Origin: an uncultured delta proteobacterium
GTDB taxonomy: Bacteria > Myxococcota_A > Polyangia > Haliangiales > Haliangiaceae
DNA length: 64,000 bases
Reading direction: 5' to 3'
NCBI GenBank assembly: GCA_963764695.1
Contig: CAVXTW010000015.1
Coordinates: 221,845 to 285,844, forward strand
Shown: in pieces, positions 44,137-57,544 of the stretch
How positions within the stretch are numbered: the stretch's first letter is position 1
Layout: each line of letters starts with the position of its first letter
Made by a program: the position numbers and the translations under genes
Notes under the pieces: generated by a model
Seen by the model: the letters and a program-made list of their open reading frames with translations, nothing else
Database searches by the model: none
What the model was told of the DNA's origin: nothing

Positions 44137-45252
44137 TCACGGCCTGCGCTTCGCCGCCAGACGCCAGCCGTCTCGCGTGCGAGCAGAGGTCGTCACCTGT
44201 ACGGCCGCGGACAGGCTGTCGCTGAACCCCTTCTTCCTGTCAACGTCGCGCCCCGGGAGCTCGGAGCCGTAATAGAAGCGCTGGAGTAGCCAGACGATGA
44301 ACGACGGCCGGTACATGAACAGGTCGGCGACAAGCGACATCTGCGCCTCGTTGTCCCAGAACACGCGCTTCGGTGCCCCCTCGCTGCGCCGCAGCTTCAG
44401 CACGTCGGTCGACACCGGACACCGCGTGATGCACGCCCGGCACATGTGGTCGCGCCGCGGGCCGAAGAAGTCGCCCGAGATCAGGCGATCGCACGATTCG
44501 GTCCGCGTGATCACGTAGTCGTCGAAGGCACCGACGGGGCACGCCTCGACGCACAGGTTGCACGTGGTGCAGTCCGGCAGCTTCCACTGGTCACCGAGCG
44601 GCGTCGGATCGTAGCGATCGACGGGGGCGTTCAGGAAGATGACATTCAGCTTGCAGTTGAAACCGAAGCGCCGCGAGAAGAACAGCGCGTTCTTGCCGAT
44701 CGTGCCGAGACCCGCGGCGGTCGCGACCTCCTTCAGCAGCACCGGGATGCTCGCCTGCGAGTCGGCGAACGCGACCCCCTCTCCGTACCGCTGGTTGGCG
44801 TGGCCGGCGACATCGGCAGCCATGCTCTCGACGAAGTAGTCGGCCGCAACGTCGCTGAACAGCACCAGCACGATCACCGACGGGCTCGGGATCGAGCGAT
44901 GAGTCATCCGCAGCTTGCCGTGCATGTGCAGGCTGCGGCGCTCGAGCGGTCCATCGCCGAAGCGCTTGCGGAGCTCGCCGCTCTCGAGCACCACCGCATC
45001 GAACGGAACACCGGGAGGCGCCGCATCGCGCAGCCACCCGTCGACGAGATCGCGCTCGATGACGACATCCTCGCGCCGCGCCCGTGTCGGGTCGCCGAAC
45101 AGCCTCGCCCGCGCCTCCTCGTACGCCGGCCGCGCCCACGGCGTCGCGGCGGCCCGGATCGCCCGCCAGTTCGCCTGCCAGCCGAGATCGCTGGCGTGCC
45201 ACCTCGCATGACGGACCCACCGCGGCACGTGTTTCCGGAGCTTGTCGAGCAT
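44137..45252 (-). CDS. 4Fe-4S dicluster protein, epoxyqueuosine reductase (QueG)-like
   Basis: ATG at 45252 (MLDKLRKHV...). Two ferredoxin motifs CTTCNLCVEACP and CRACITRCP. The rest of the long 689-aa ORF is antisense-looking. Confidence 0.5.
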   Translation of the reverse strand: MLDKLRKHVPRWVRHARWHASDLGWQANWRAIRAAATPWARPAYEEARARLFGDPTRARREDVVIERDLVDGWLRDAAPPGVPFDAVVLESGELRKRFGDGPLERRSLHMHGKLRMTHRSIPSPSVIVLVLFSDVAADYFVESMAADVAGHANQRYGEGVAFADSQASIPVLLKEVATAAGLGTIGKNALFFSRRFGFNCKLNVIFLNAPVDRYDPTPLGDQWKLPDCTTCNLCVEACPVGAFDDYVITRTESCDRLISGDFFGPRRDHMCRACITRCPVSTDVLKLRRSEGAPKRVFWDNEAQMSLVADLFMYRPSFIVWLLQRFYYGSELPGRDVDRKKGFSDSLSAAVQVTTSARTRDGWRLAAKRRP

Positions 45253-45320
45253 GGCAGCTCGACCGTAGCACCGACGTGCGCGGTTGGCCGGTGGCATCGG
45301 CCAGCCGTGCACCCGGCGGG

Positions 45321-46370
45321 TCACTCGAGCGCGGCGGAGAAGCGGCCGTCGGTGAAGTCGTTGCAGTTGAAGCCGGGGCTGTTCGCGTAGCAGACCTGTC
45401 CCTGGAAGGTGCCCCAGATCGCGCGGTCGTTGCGCCCGGCAATGGTGACCGTTCCGCCGTCGCCTGCCCGGCTGGTGTAGAGCGTGAACTCGAAGGGACG
45501 GGACAGGTCCATGCGCGGCACGGGGTCGCCGAAGGCGTGCTCGCCCGGCTCGAGCGAGGTCAGGAGCAGGTCGACTCCGTAGCCGTCGCTGTCGGGGCCC
45601 GGGGCGACCTTGAAGGCGAGGTTGTACCGGCCCTCGAAGGTGGTGACACGCGCGCGCTGACGGCCCTCGAAGGGGCCGGAGCCATCGAGGTGCCACACCG
45701 CGCTCATCCGCGTGGCCGAGGAGAGGGCCGGATAGTCGGCCGGCACGCCGTAGTCGATGGTCGGGTCCGCCGGGGCGACACCGGTGGCCAGGTCCACGAC
45801 GTCCAGCTCGCCGCCGTAGAGCCGGAAGCAGTTCGCTCCCGGCGTGTCGCGGAGGCAGTACTGCCCCTCGAACGAGCCGCGCAGCCGACCTGGCTCGTCG
45901 GCCTCGAGGACGAGCGTGCCGTAGCCGCCCGGCGTTCGCGTCTCGTAGGCACCGGACCCGGCCTCGATGACCTCGAGGTAGCCGTCGGTGCCGCTGAGAT
46001 CGTAGCGACCCGGCGCGATCGACGGGAGATGGAAGGTCAGCGTGGTGCCATCGGCTTCGAAGCGGATGTAGATGAGCTCGATGTCCGGGTCGAACAGCGC
46101 GCCGGTGCTGGTCTCGCTCTCGCGGACCGGTAGCTCGCTGACGTCGGCGACGACCGGGTTGGGAATGTGCTCGTAGCCGCTGGTGTCGACCGCCCAGCTC
46201 GCCCACCCGCGGTCCTGGCTGCCGCCGCCTCCGCCGCCTCCGCCGCCTCCGCCGTCACCGTCATCCCCGGAGCCGTCATCGAAGCCGCCGCCGGACTCGC
46301 CGCCGCACGCGGCGCCGACGGCGCAGATCACAGCCAGCAGGAGATGACGCGGATGGAGGAGGTGGCCCAT
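45321..46370 (-). CDS. Hypothetical lipoprotein with a poly-Gly/Asp linker and two internally duplicated Cys-pair domains
   Basis: ATG at 46370 (MGHLLHPRHLLLAVICAVGAAC). GGGGGGGGGGG linker. Repeated modules GRLRGSFEGQYCLRDTPGANCF and AIWGTFQGQVCYANSPGFNCNDF. Confidence 0.55.
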   Translation of the reverse strand: MGHLLHPRHLLLAVICAVGAACGGESGGGFDDGSGDDGDGGGGGGGGGGGSQDRGWASWAVDTSGYEHIPNPVVADVSELPVRESETSTGALFDPDIELIYIRFEADGTTLTFHLPSIAPGRYDLSGTDGYLEVIEAGSGAYETRTPGGYGTLVLEADEPGRLRGSFEGQYCLRDTPGANCFRLYGGELDVVDLATGVAPADPTIDYGVPADYPALSSATRMSAVWHLDGSGPFEGRQRARVTTFEGRYNLAFKVAPGPDSDGYGVDLLLTSLEPGEHAFGDPVPRMDLSRPFEFTLYTSRAGDGGTVTIAGRNDRAIWGTFQGQVCYANSPGFNCNDFTDGRFSAALE

Positions 46371-46514
46371 GGGCCTCTCGCATTGCGCGTCTCGTGCCAC
46401 TGGTCGGCGGGCCGCGATCCGTTGAAGAGACAGGCGCGACGGGCACGTGGGCCGGCCCGCGTCCCAGTGGCGGCCCATGGGACAGGGCGGAGACACAGCC
46501 GGTCTCGATGCCCC

Positions 46515-46955
46515 TTATCTGGGGACGCAGACGGCGATGATCCGCGCGAAGTACGTGGCTCGCCATTCGCGGCGCCCGGGGACCTGGTGGATCTCCCGCG
46601 ACGTGATCTCCACCGTGAACCTGACGCGCCCGCTCTGGTGCGCGGTCAGAGCTGGAAAGTCAGCCACGTTCGCCAGCTCCAGGCGACTCGCGTGGTGGTG
46701 CGGCATCGCGATGTGATCGGCGGGCCGCCAGTCGCCTCCGTCGGAGACCATGTCCACCCAGCGGGTCGCCGGCACCTCCACATCGACGTACGACTTCAGC
46801 TGCGCCAGGGCCGATTCCTCGCATGGAGACACGCTGCCCGGCCGATCGGCGGCGGACGTTTCCCGACCCTGAGGAGCCTCCTCCGGCGCCTTGTCTCTCG
46901 GCACGCAGCTCATCGTACAGCTCGCGGCGATGGCCGCAACGATGCCGATCCTCAC
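46515..46955 (-). CDS. Small hypothetical lipoprotein
   Basis: MRIGIVAAIAASC lipobox. 146 aa. Confidence 0.45.
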   Translation of the reverse strand: MRIGIVAAIAASCTMSCVPRDKAPEEAPQGRETSAADRPGSVSPCEESALAQLKSYVDVEVPATRWVDMVSDGGDWRPADHIAMPHHHASRLELANVADFPALTAHQSGRVRFTVEITSREIHQVPGRREWRATYFARIIAVCVPR

Positions 46956-46989
46956 TCGAGGACAGAAATAGCACGCCTGCTGTCTCCGA

Positions 46990-49900
46990 TCAGCGCCGGC
47001 GGCGGACCGTGACCACCACGGTGTCCGGGGCGCTTGGCAGGCCGAGCGAGTCGGTCACCACCAGCCTGAAGTTGAACTGCCGATCGGACGGCACGATCGG
47101 CGCGATGAAGAACGGCGTGGCCGTGTTCGGCAGGAACAGGATGACCCCCGCGGGCGCCGTCCACGCGAAGCGCAGCGAGTCGCCGTCCGGATCGCTCCCC
47201 GAGCCGCGCAGGAACACGATGTCGCCCGTCCGCACCGTGATGTCGGCTCCCGCATTCGCGACAGGCGGGCGGTTCACATTCGTGACGCTGACATCGACCG
47301 TCGCCGGCGGGCTGGCCAGCCCGCCGGGATCGCGCACCACCAGGGTGAAGCGCAGGACCCGGCCGGAGCGACCGACCTCGGGCGCGATGAACGTCGGCCG
47401 CGCCGCGGTCGGGCTGCTCAGCGTGATCCCGGCCGGCGCGGCCCACGCGTAGGTCAGCGCGTCCCCGTCCGGATCGCTGCTGCCGGTCCCGTCGAGCGTC
47501 GCCGTTGTCCGCTCTCCCACGGTCTGCGGCGGGCCGGCGCTGGCCACCGGCGGGCGGTTCACGGCGGCGTTGGTGACGGTCACCGCCACCGTGGCCGGGC
47601 TCGACGCGCTCACCGCATCGCGAACGACCAGCGAGAAGGTGAGGGTCGCGCCGGCGGGGCCCACCTCCGGCGCGGTGAAGGTCGGCTGCGCGGCGGTCGC
47701 GCTCGACAGCGCGATGCCGGCCGGTGCGGTCCACTCGTACGTGAGCGGCAGGTCGCCGTCCGGATCGCTGCTGGCCGTCCCGTCGAGGGTCACGACGGTC
47801 CGCTCGACGACGGTCTGCGGCGGGCCGGCGTTCGCGACCGGCGGGCGATTCACGTTGCGCACGTGGATCACCGTCGTCGCGGCCGGGCTGGTCGCCAGCC
47901 CGTCGGACACGACCAGCCTGAAGGCGACATCGATCCCGGTGACAACGGCCTCCGGCGCGACGAACGTGGGCCGGGCCGCGGTCGCGCTGGACAGCGTGAC
48001 CGGAGGCCCGGCGATCTGCGTCCACTGATAGGTCAGCGAATCGTCCGGGTCCGGATCCACCGACCCGGTCCCGTCGACGGTCACCGTGCTGCCCTCGTCC
48101 ACGGTCTGCGCCGGGCCGGCGGAGGCCACCGGCGGGCGGTTGACGTTGACCACGGTCACCGTCGTGAGCGCCGCGGCGCTGTCGGACGAGCCGTCGCTCA
48201 CCACGAGCTGAAACACCAGCTGCGACGAGCCCGGGTCGCGCAACACCGGCGGCGCGAAGAAGCGCGGACCGACCGCGGCAGGGTCGTCGAGCGTGACCGC
48301 GGGGCCGGAGACCTGCGACCATCGATAGGTCAGCGGCTCGCCGTCCGGGTCGATGCTGGCGGAGGCGTCGAGGAACACGGTCATCGGCGGGAAGGCTGGC
48401 CCCGGGCCGAGCTCCGGCACCGTCTGGTCGGCGCCCGCGTTCGCGACCGGCGGGGCGTTGCAGGTCGCCGACTGCGGGACGAGCCCGGGGAACGGCGGCG
48501 CGAGCAGCCCGCTGACCTGAATGTCGTCAATCTCCCAGCCCGGCGACGAGACCCCCGGATCGGACGCGACCCGGAAGCGGATCCGCACGACCCTTCCGCC
48601 GGCGCTGGTGCCGAGGTTGACCGACGCCGCCCGCATGGACGGATAGCCGGCGCTGGTGCCGGTGAAGGCCGGGCGCCCGGCGAGCGGGTTGCCGGCTGCG
48701 AGAAGGCCGGTGTAGGCCACGCCGCTGCCGGGAAGCGCGGAGACGTCGGTCCAGGTGGCGCCGTCGTCGGTCGAACACCTCGATGACGCCACCGTCGAAG
48801 TTGAGGTTGTTGACCGCGTCGCGCTCGAGGGAGTGGCGATGCAGGAACGAGAGCACGAGCGCCTGGCCGGGTGCGACCGCGAGCCGCGGCGAGGACAGCT
48901 CCGCCGTCGCTGCCACGCTGGCCGAGCGGCACTGGTAGGCGTGGCCGCCGGGCGAGGTGGAGACCTTTGTCCACAGCGCGTCGGGCGGCGACGAGGGGAG
49001 CGACGAGGTCTGGCCCCACACGGTCGAACAGCTCGGCGTTGTCGACGTTCGACTGGCCGGGCAGCTCGTCGGCGTTGCCGGCGAACTGGTAGGTGACCGG
49101 CGCGGCCTCGCCGGCGCCCGCGTCCGGCGTTGCCACGGCGATGGAGATCGTTGTGTCGGCGGCGAGCCCGCTGGCGGCCACGCGGACCGTCGCCTCCGCG
49201 GTGGCGGCGCGCGCCGTGGCCGGGAAGGTGATCGCGTCGCCGTCGGGGAAGACGATGCCGGGTGTTGTCGAGCTGACCGTCGCGCTCAGGGCCGGAGCGT
49301 CCGCGTTGCCGACATTGCGGAAGGCCACGCGCAGGGTGCCGGTCTCGCCGTCGTCGAGGATGCCGTCAGCGGCGCACACCGCGGTGTCGTCGTCGAGCAG
49401 GCGCGCGCCGGTCTGTTGCACGGCCGGGCCGAACGCGAAGCTCTCCACGACCGGCGTGTTCGTGTTCTCGCCGCGCGGCGGCGCGATGGCGTTGACGCCG
49501 GCGCCGCGCCTCGCGAACGCCGCCCCGCACACCTGGTAGTCGGCCGGGTCGCCCAGCAGGGCGGTGAGCAGAAGCGCGTCGCGCGCCTCGAGCAGGGTCG
49601 GGTTGGCGGGCGTCACCTTGTAGGCGGCGACGACGTAGTCGCGCATGCGGTCGCGCGCCTGGGCGAAGGTCAGCCGCGGGGCGGGGCCGACCGTGTCGCG
49701 CAGGAGGCCCGCGTAGCACTCCCACAGCATCGTGGCCCACACGGTGCCGGTGGCGTGCACCTGCGAGTTGACGCCGATGAAGTTTGGCGGCGGGCTGGCG
49801 GGGAGCGGATTGACGTCGGAGATGTGCCTGAACGTCATCGGGTTCTTCGTCATGTCCGTCGAGTACGGATAGCGGCGGATGCCGAAGTAGTACGAGTTCG

Positions 49901-52041
49901 GGTCGCTGCTGGTCGCGTACGCGCCCATCGCGTACGTCCCCTGCCAGCTGTCGTTGAGAGGACTGGCGGTGTCCTCCTCGCGCGCCGTGACGAGCAGGGC
50001 GTGGAAGTCGGCCCAGCCCTCGCCGAGTCCGCGCGCCATGTTGTTCTGCAGGCCGGCCGCGTCGAAGATGAGGCGGTTGGAGATGTAGTGGCCCCACTCG
50101 TGGGCGACGACCTGGTTGTCGATGTCGCCGTCGAGCAGCTTCACGCGCCGCACCAGCTGTCCGGTCACCGCCGGGCCGGCAGCGAGCGCGCCGCGGAAAC
50201 GGTCGCCGTCGGCCAGGTTGAGCGAGACGGCCCCGAATCGTGATCGGGACGGTGGGGGTGCCGCCCATGGCCGGCGGGATGGTCGGGTTCGCCGAGGCGG
50301 CGACGTTGGCGATGATGACACCGGCGCCGCCGGCGGCCTGGACCTGCTGCGCCTTGCCGGCGAAGCCGTTGCACGCCGCCGGCCCGCCGCGGTCGACGAG
50401 GACGATCTTGCCGGCGTAGTCCCCGACCAGCGGGGCGCAGGCGTCCACCGGGCTGGCCCGCGCGATGTCGGCGGACAGCTCGAAGTTGAGCGGCCCGAAC
50501 ACCGCGGTGCCGACACTGGTGAAGTCGCCGGCAAGCTCGGGCGGCGCGGCGACGGTGACCCGGAGCTCGATCGGCTTGGTCCACAGGTACATCTGCATGC
50601 GCGGGCGTCCGCCGTCGGCCGGCGTCGACATGTTCGCGTTGTTGAAGCCACCCGAGTCCTGGGCCTCGGCGCGCAGCACGTCCCCCTCCACGCCGCCGCG
50701 GCCGAAGTTGGACAGCTGCGCGTTGCCGGCCGCCTCGGTGAAGCCGGCCGCGTAGTACCAGTCGTGAAACCAGTTGTTGTCGTAGAAGAGCTGCGTGACC
50801 GCGGCGAGGCGCTGCACCGCGTTCTCGTCGGCGCCCAGCTCGGTGTCGAAGGTGTAGTCGAAGACGCCGGGCGCCGAGGCGACGCCGCGGAGATCCGCCG
50901 TACCAGCCAGGAACCCGTCGGGCGCAGCGAGGTCGAGGTAGGCGTCCACGTTGTTGCCGAGCGTCTCGGTCGCTCCGACCGGCAGCCATGGATCGTCGAC
51001 CCCGACCGCGGTGAGGCTCGAGAGCGTCACCAGCTGGGCCGGGACGAAGAGCGGCTGGAACCCGTCGGCCAGACCGGTCGGGTGCGGCGTGACAGCGGTC
51101 CCGTGCGGCCCGTCCCACGGGGTGAACAGGCCGCTGGCGTCGGCGTATGCGCGATACGTGACCGGATTGTCGTACGCGGTCAGGTCGTTGCGCCACAGCA
51201 CGCGGCCATCTCCCGCGTCGATCACGTAGGCCACGTGGCGCGCGCGGTGCGCCGCGTCGTCGCCGAGGTCGGCCTCGACGTAGTAGGCCGGCACCAGCGA
51301 GTCCGGCGCAATGCGAAAGAAGATCGGCTTCGCGCGAGTCGGCGCGGCGTCGGCGGCGGCCGCGACGCGGGTGGCTGCTGCCGGACGCAGGCGAGCGGCC
51401 TGGTATCCGCCGGCGGCAGGCGCGGCTGCTTCGAAATCGGAAGCAGCGATGGCCGCGCCGGCCAGGTCGCTCATGGCCGCCGTGATGGCGGCGGCGGAGC
51501 CCGACGCGAACGCGTCGCGCGCGCGGCGGCCGGGCTGCTTGGCGGCCGCGGGGAGGTCGCCGGTGACGAACCCGGTCAGCGCCACGGCGTCGAGATTGCG
51601 ATCCATGGCCACCGACAGCTGCTCGCCGAACACCTCGACGCCGTCGACCCGCCGGCCGAAGCGCGCGATGATCGCGCCGCGTCCTGTGTCGTGCAGCTCG
51701 CGCAGGTCGAGGGCGCCGGCCTGCTCCGGCGCGAGGCGGTAGTAGCGGGCGAAGCTGACCACGTGCGCGCGCGCCGCCTCGGCAGGACTGGCGACGCCGG
51801 CCGCGATGCGCGGACGCGCGGGCGCATCGGCCCACAGGAAGGTCGGCGCCCTCGCGATCGCGTCGGTGTGGGCGACGCGGCCGGTGGCTGGCGGCGATGA
51901 AGGTGCTGCGGTCGGTGTCGAGCCGGACACGACCGGACCCGATGGCCCCTGCCCCGACGGCGACGGCGGATCGTCCCGATCGCCCGCGCACGCCGCCAGC
52001 GCACCCATTCCCAACGCGACCAGCACGAGCCTCTTCGTCAT
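46990..52041 (-). CDS. Very large secreted M36 (fungalysin-like) metalloprotease lipoprotein with a PA domain and five C-terminal PKD-like repeats; about 3 frameshifts
   Basis: ATG at 52041 (MTKRLVLVALGMGALAACAG lipobox). FTP/PA-like N-region, real to ~50260. The catalytic HEWGHYISNRL ... GEGWADF lies in a second frame (ORF 48381..50651). An Asp-box STDDGATWTDV then 5 tandem ~95-aa repeats (NVNRPPVANAGP.QTV.E...LDGTGSSDPDGD.LTY.WT.P.G) run in ORF 46990..48792. Frame changes at ~50250, ~49030 and ~48800. Confidence 0.8.
46993..48440 (-). repeat. Five tandem PKD/K319L-like Ig-fold repeat units (protein-coding repeats, ~285 bp each)
   Basis: Repeated NVNRPPVA(N/S)AGP..QTV...LDGT(G/A)SSDPDGD..LTY(E/A)W pattern within the protease C-terminus. 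Confidence 0.7.
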
Positions 52042-52193
52042 CCACCACCCCCTTCACCCATCCTCGGAGGCGGCACACTAGCACGCGCTGAAGACGATTC
52101 TTCTCGTCTTTGGGGCGCACGCGGCCAATGCGTGCGTTGGCGTACGGTCCATGGAGACGCGGGACAGCCGTGGTTCACCGGTAGACTCGGGCG

Positions 52194-52865
52194 ATGGACG
52201 ACGATCCGGTCAAGCGCGAGGAGGTGGAGCGCGGCCTTCGCCTGCTCAACCACCTGGTCAGCACGATGCGCGACGAGCTTCTACAAGTCAGCGCGCAGGT
52301 GGTCGCGCTCACCCGCGAGCTCGAGGAGCGCGGCGCGATCCGGGAGGAGTCGATGCTCGAGACGCTGCCCGACCAGGTGCGGGCGGCGAGGGTGGCGGAC
52401 GAGGCCGCCGCGCCGCTGCGCATCGAGCTGTCGGATCACCGGCGCGACAAGTACACCGTCGCGATCCCGCCCGTGCCGTGCGCGGAGCTGTTGCCGATCT
52501 GCAAGGCGCGCTGCTGCACGCTTCCGTTTCGCCTGTCGACCCAGGACCTCGATGGCGGCCACGTGCGCTGGGACTACGGCCGGCCCTACTGGAATCTACG
52601 CCGGCCGGACGGCTACTGCGTCCACAACGATGCCGACGGGCACGGCTGCGGCGTGTACGTGGAGCGCCCTGCGCCCTGCCGCGCGTTCGACTGCCGCGGC
52701 GACGATCGGATCTGGCTGGACTACGACAAGCGCATCCCGGCGCCGATCGACGCCGGTGCCGATGTTCCGCACCGGTCACCGGAAGAGCCGCGCGAAATCG
52801 AGAATCGCGCCGCCCTGCGCCACATCGTGATGGACATCGAGGGCGTGTCCTTGCGCAGGGAGTAG
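52194..52865 (+). CDS. YkgJ/UPF0153-family cysteine-cluster (putative Fe-S or Zn-binding) protein
   Basis: CAELLPICKARCC and YCVHNDADGHGCGVYVERPAPCRAFDCRGD Cys clusters. Divergent from the M36 protease gene. Confidence 0.55.
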   Translation: MDDDPVKREEVERGLRLLNHLVSTMRDELLQVSAQVVALTRELEERGAIREESMLETLPDQVRAARVADEAAAPLRIELSDHRRDKYTVAIPPVPCAELLPICKARCCTLPFRLSTQDLDGGHVRWDYGRPYWNLRRPDGYCVHNDADGHGCGVYVERPAPCRAFDCRGDDRIWLDYDKRIPAPIDAGADVPHRSPEEPREIENRAALRHIVMDIEGVSLRRE

Positions 52866-52884
52866 CCGGCGCGCGCTCCGGCGT

Positions 52885-54978
<2,094 letters not shown>

Positions 54979-55106
54979 GTCCCCGTTCTACCAGCCGCGC
55001 CGCGTGCGCGGGAAGAGATGGGAACGGGAGCGACACCAGACAGGAGCCTCTGGTGCACACCATTGCCATTGCCCGGGTCGCGCCCGGCGTGCGATGCGTA
55101 AGCGAC

Positions 55107-55889
55107 ATGAGACGTTTTGCCACCATTGCCACGTCGTTCCTGATCCTCCTCGCCCCGCTCGCCGCCGCCGCAGACCCGGTCAACTCCTGCCTCCCCGCGA
55201 GCGCGCCGGTCCTCATCAGCGAGGGCAGCACGTCGCGGCTCCACGTCTACGACGCGACGGTCGATGCGACGACGTTCGCCGAGGCGCGCATCGACACGCC
55301 GGCCTACGCCGCTTTCATCGCGTTTCTCGAGGAGGTCAATACCACCGCCGATGTCGATGTGTTCGATCAGCGCGCCCTGCTCGAGCGACAGCGCGACGTG
55401 TTCGTGAAGTATCTCGGCCCCGAGGCCGGCATCGACCACCAGCGCCTGCTCGACGGCGTCATCGGTCAGCTCGGCGAGGTGACCTGCGTCCAGTCGATCC
55501 TGTTCGATCTGCAGAACGAGCGCTGGCCGCTGTCGGACGGCCCCGTCGAGATGGGCGCCCTGCTGCTCCAGCGCGAGGTCGCCGGCGTCGTGGAGCTTCG
55601 CGCCTACGTCAAGACCCAGGCCCAGGCCGACTTCGTGGGCCTGTCGATGGCCGAGCTCATGCCCCTGGTCGAGGCCGACGTCGCCGACGGGTGGCAGCTC
55701 CTCTCTCACATGCACAGCCACCCGCTCTCCCCCGACGGCCAGTACGACATCGCCGGCACCTGCCTGCCCAGCGATCCGGACATCCAGACCTACCGCCGCC
55801 TGCGCGACGAGCTCGGACTTCAGGAGGCCTGGATCACCAACGGCATCGACTCCGCCCGCTACGGGGCCGCCGAGTTCGAAGATCTGTAG
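55107..55889 (+). CDS. Hypothetical secreted protein
   Basis: ATG at 55107. Signal peptide MRRFATIATSFLILLAPLAAAADP. 260 aa, no recognisable family. Confidence 0.5.
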   Translation: MRRFATIATSFLILLAPLAAAADPVNSCLPASAPVLISEGSTSRLHVYDATVDATTFAEARIDTPAYAAFIAFLEEVNTTADVDVFDQRALLERQRDVFVKYLGPEAGIDHQRLLDGVIGQLGEVTCVQSILFDLQNERWPLSDGPVEMGALLLQREVAGVVELRAYVKTQAQADFVGLSMAELMPLVEADVADGWQLLSHMHSHPLSPDGQYDIAGTCLPSDPDIQTYRRLRDELGLQEAWITNGIDSARYGAAEFEDL

Positions 55890-55947
55890 GGGGCAATCGG
55901 GTTGGTAGCCGGTGGCCGCCGCGCCGGCCGGAGGTCAGACTCAGGCG

Positions 55948-57333
55948 ATGGTCGAATCCGATGCCTTCGTCTTCTTCGGCGCCACGGGAGACCTGGCCTT
56001 CAAGAAGATCTTTCCGGCCCTGCAGGCGCTGGTCCGGCGCGGCGAGCTCGACAAGCCGATCATCGGCCTGGCCCGCGCGGGATGGAACCTGGACCAGCTG
56101 CGCCAGCGCGCCCATGACAGCCTCGCGGCGCACGGCGCTGTCGACGAGGACGCCTTCGCGAAGCTGGTCTCCCGGCTGCGCTACATCGACGGCGACTACA
56201 ACGATCCGGAGGTCTACCTCCGCCTGAAGCAGGAGCTGGGCCGCGCCGCATGCCCGCTCCACTATCTGGCGATCCCACCGAGCATGTTCGCGACGGTGGT
56301 GCGGGGGCTGGCCGGCGCGGGCTGCGCGCAGGGGGCGCGGGTCGTGGTCGAGAAGCCGTTCGGCCGCGATCTCGCCTCGGCGCGGGAGCTCAACGCCGTC
56401 CTGCACTCGGTCTTCCCGGAGCCGGCCGTGTTCCGCATCGATCATTTCCTCGGCAAGGAGCCGGTGCAGAACCTGATCTACTTCCGCTTCGCCAACTCGT
56501 TCCTCGAGCCGATCTGGAACCGCAACCACGTCGACAGCGTGCAGATCACCATGGCGGAGAGCTTCGGCGTGCAGGGCCGCGGCGCCTTCTACGACGAGGT
56601 CGGCACCATTCGCGACGTCGTGCAGAACCACCTGCTTCAGGTGATGGTGCTGCTGGCCATGGAGGCGCCGATCGGCCGCGGCCCGGAGGCGATGCGCGCG
56701 GAGAAGCTGCGCCTCCTGCGCGCGATGCGACCGCTCGACCCGGCCCGCGTGGTGCGAGGTCAGTTCCGCGGCTATCGCGAGGAGCCGGGCGTGGCTCCCG
56801 ATTCGCGGGTCGAGACCTTCGCCGCGCTAGGGCTGGAGATCGATACCTGGCGCTGGGCGGGCGTGCCCTTCTACATCCGCGCCGGGAAGTGCTTGCCGCT
56901 CACCGCCACGCAGGTGGTTGTGGATCTCAAGCCGCCGCCGCTGGCGATCTTCGACCTCATCGAGCCGCCGCAGTCGAACTACTTCCGCTTCCGCCTGGGC
57001 CCCGAGGTCGCCATCTCCGCGGCGGCGCGGGTCAAGCGCCCCGGCGACGAGATGGTGGGCGAGGGCGTCGAGCTGATCGCGCACCGCGTGCTCTGCGCCG
57101 ACGACACGCCCTACGAGCGGCTGCTGGGCGACGCGCTGCGCGGCGACGCGTCCCTGTTCATCAGCGACGAGAGCGTGGAGGCGGCCTGGCGCGTGGTCGA
57201 GCCGATCCTCGGCAGCACCGCGCCCCCCGCCGAGTACGAGCCGGGAACGTGGGGGCCGGCGGCGGCCCGCAAGGTCGTCGCCAGCGACGAGGGCTGGCAC
57301 GATCCGAAGGCCGAGACGATCGAGGCCCGCTGA
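55948..57333 (+). CDS. zwf: Glucose-6-phosphate 1-dehydrogenase
   Basis: [12 protein letters not shown]-binding motif, RIDHFLGKE active-site motif, NHLLQ. Start at ATG 55948 (the ORF track begins at 55912). Confidence 0.9.
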   Translation: MVESDAFVFFGATGDLAFKKIFPALQALVRRGELDKPIIGLARAGWNLDQLRQRAHDSLAAHGAVDEDAFAKLVSRLRYIDGDYNDPEVYLRLKQELGRAACPLHYLAIPPSMFATVVRGLAGAGCAQGARVVVEKPFGRDLASARELNAVLHSVFPEPAVFRIDHFLGKEPVQNLIYFRFANSFLEPIWNRNHVDSVQITMAESFGVQGRGAFYDEVGTIRDVVQNHLLQVMVLLAMEAPIGRGPEAMRAEKLRLLRAMRPLDPARVVRGQFRGYREEPGVAPDSRVETFAALGLEIDTWRWAGVPFYIRAGKCLPLTATQVVVDLKPPPLAIFDLIEPPQSNYFRFRLGPEVAISAAARVKRPGDEMVGEGVELIAHRVLCADDTPYERLLGDALRGDASLFISDESVEAAWRVVEPILGSTAPPAEYEPGTWGPAAARKVVASDEGWHDPKAETIEAR

Positions 57334-57544
57334 GAAGCTTCCACCGCGGACGACAGGCGGAACGGGAGCGTGCAGCGTCTTCGCCGTTCACCCCTCAGGG
57401 GTGCCGGCATCCAGCGCCATGCGGGAGCAGCCGGGTCCCGTGTCGGCGTCGAGCCCCGTCGATCTGAGCGCTTGCCCGGGTGCGTGAACCCGTCCAAGCT
57501 CACCCGGGGCGTGTGGTTCGGCGTCGGGTTCGGGCGGGTCGAGC

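Noticed and set aside
46990-48440. Regular ~285-bp tandem repeats that could be mistaken for a CRISPR-like or VNTR array
   Set aside because: The repeats are long, in frame and encode PKD-like Ig domains inside a protease gene. There are no short direct repeats separated by unique spacers, so this is not a CRISPR array.
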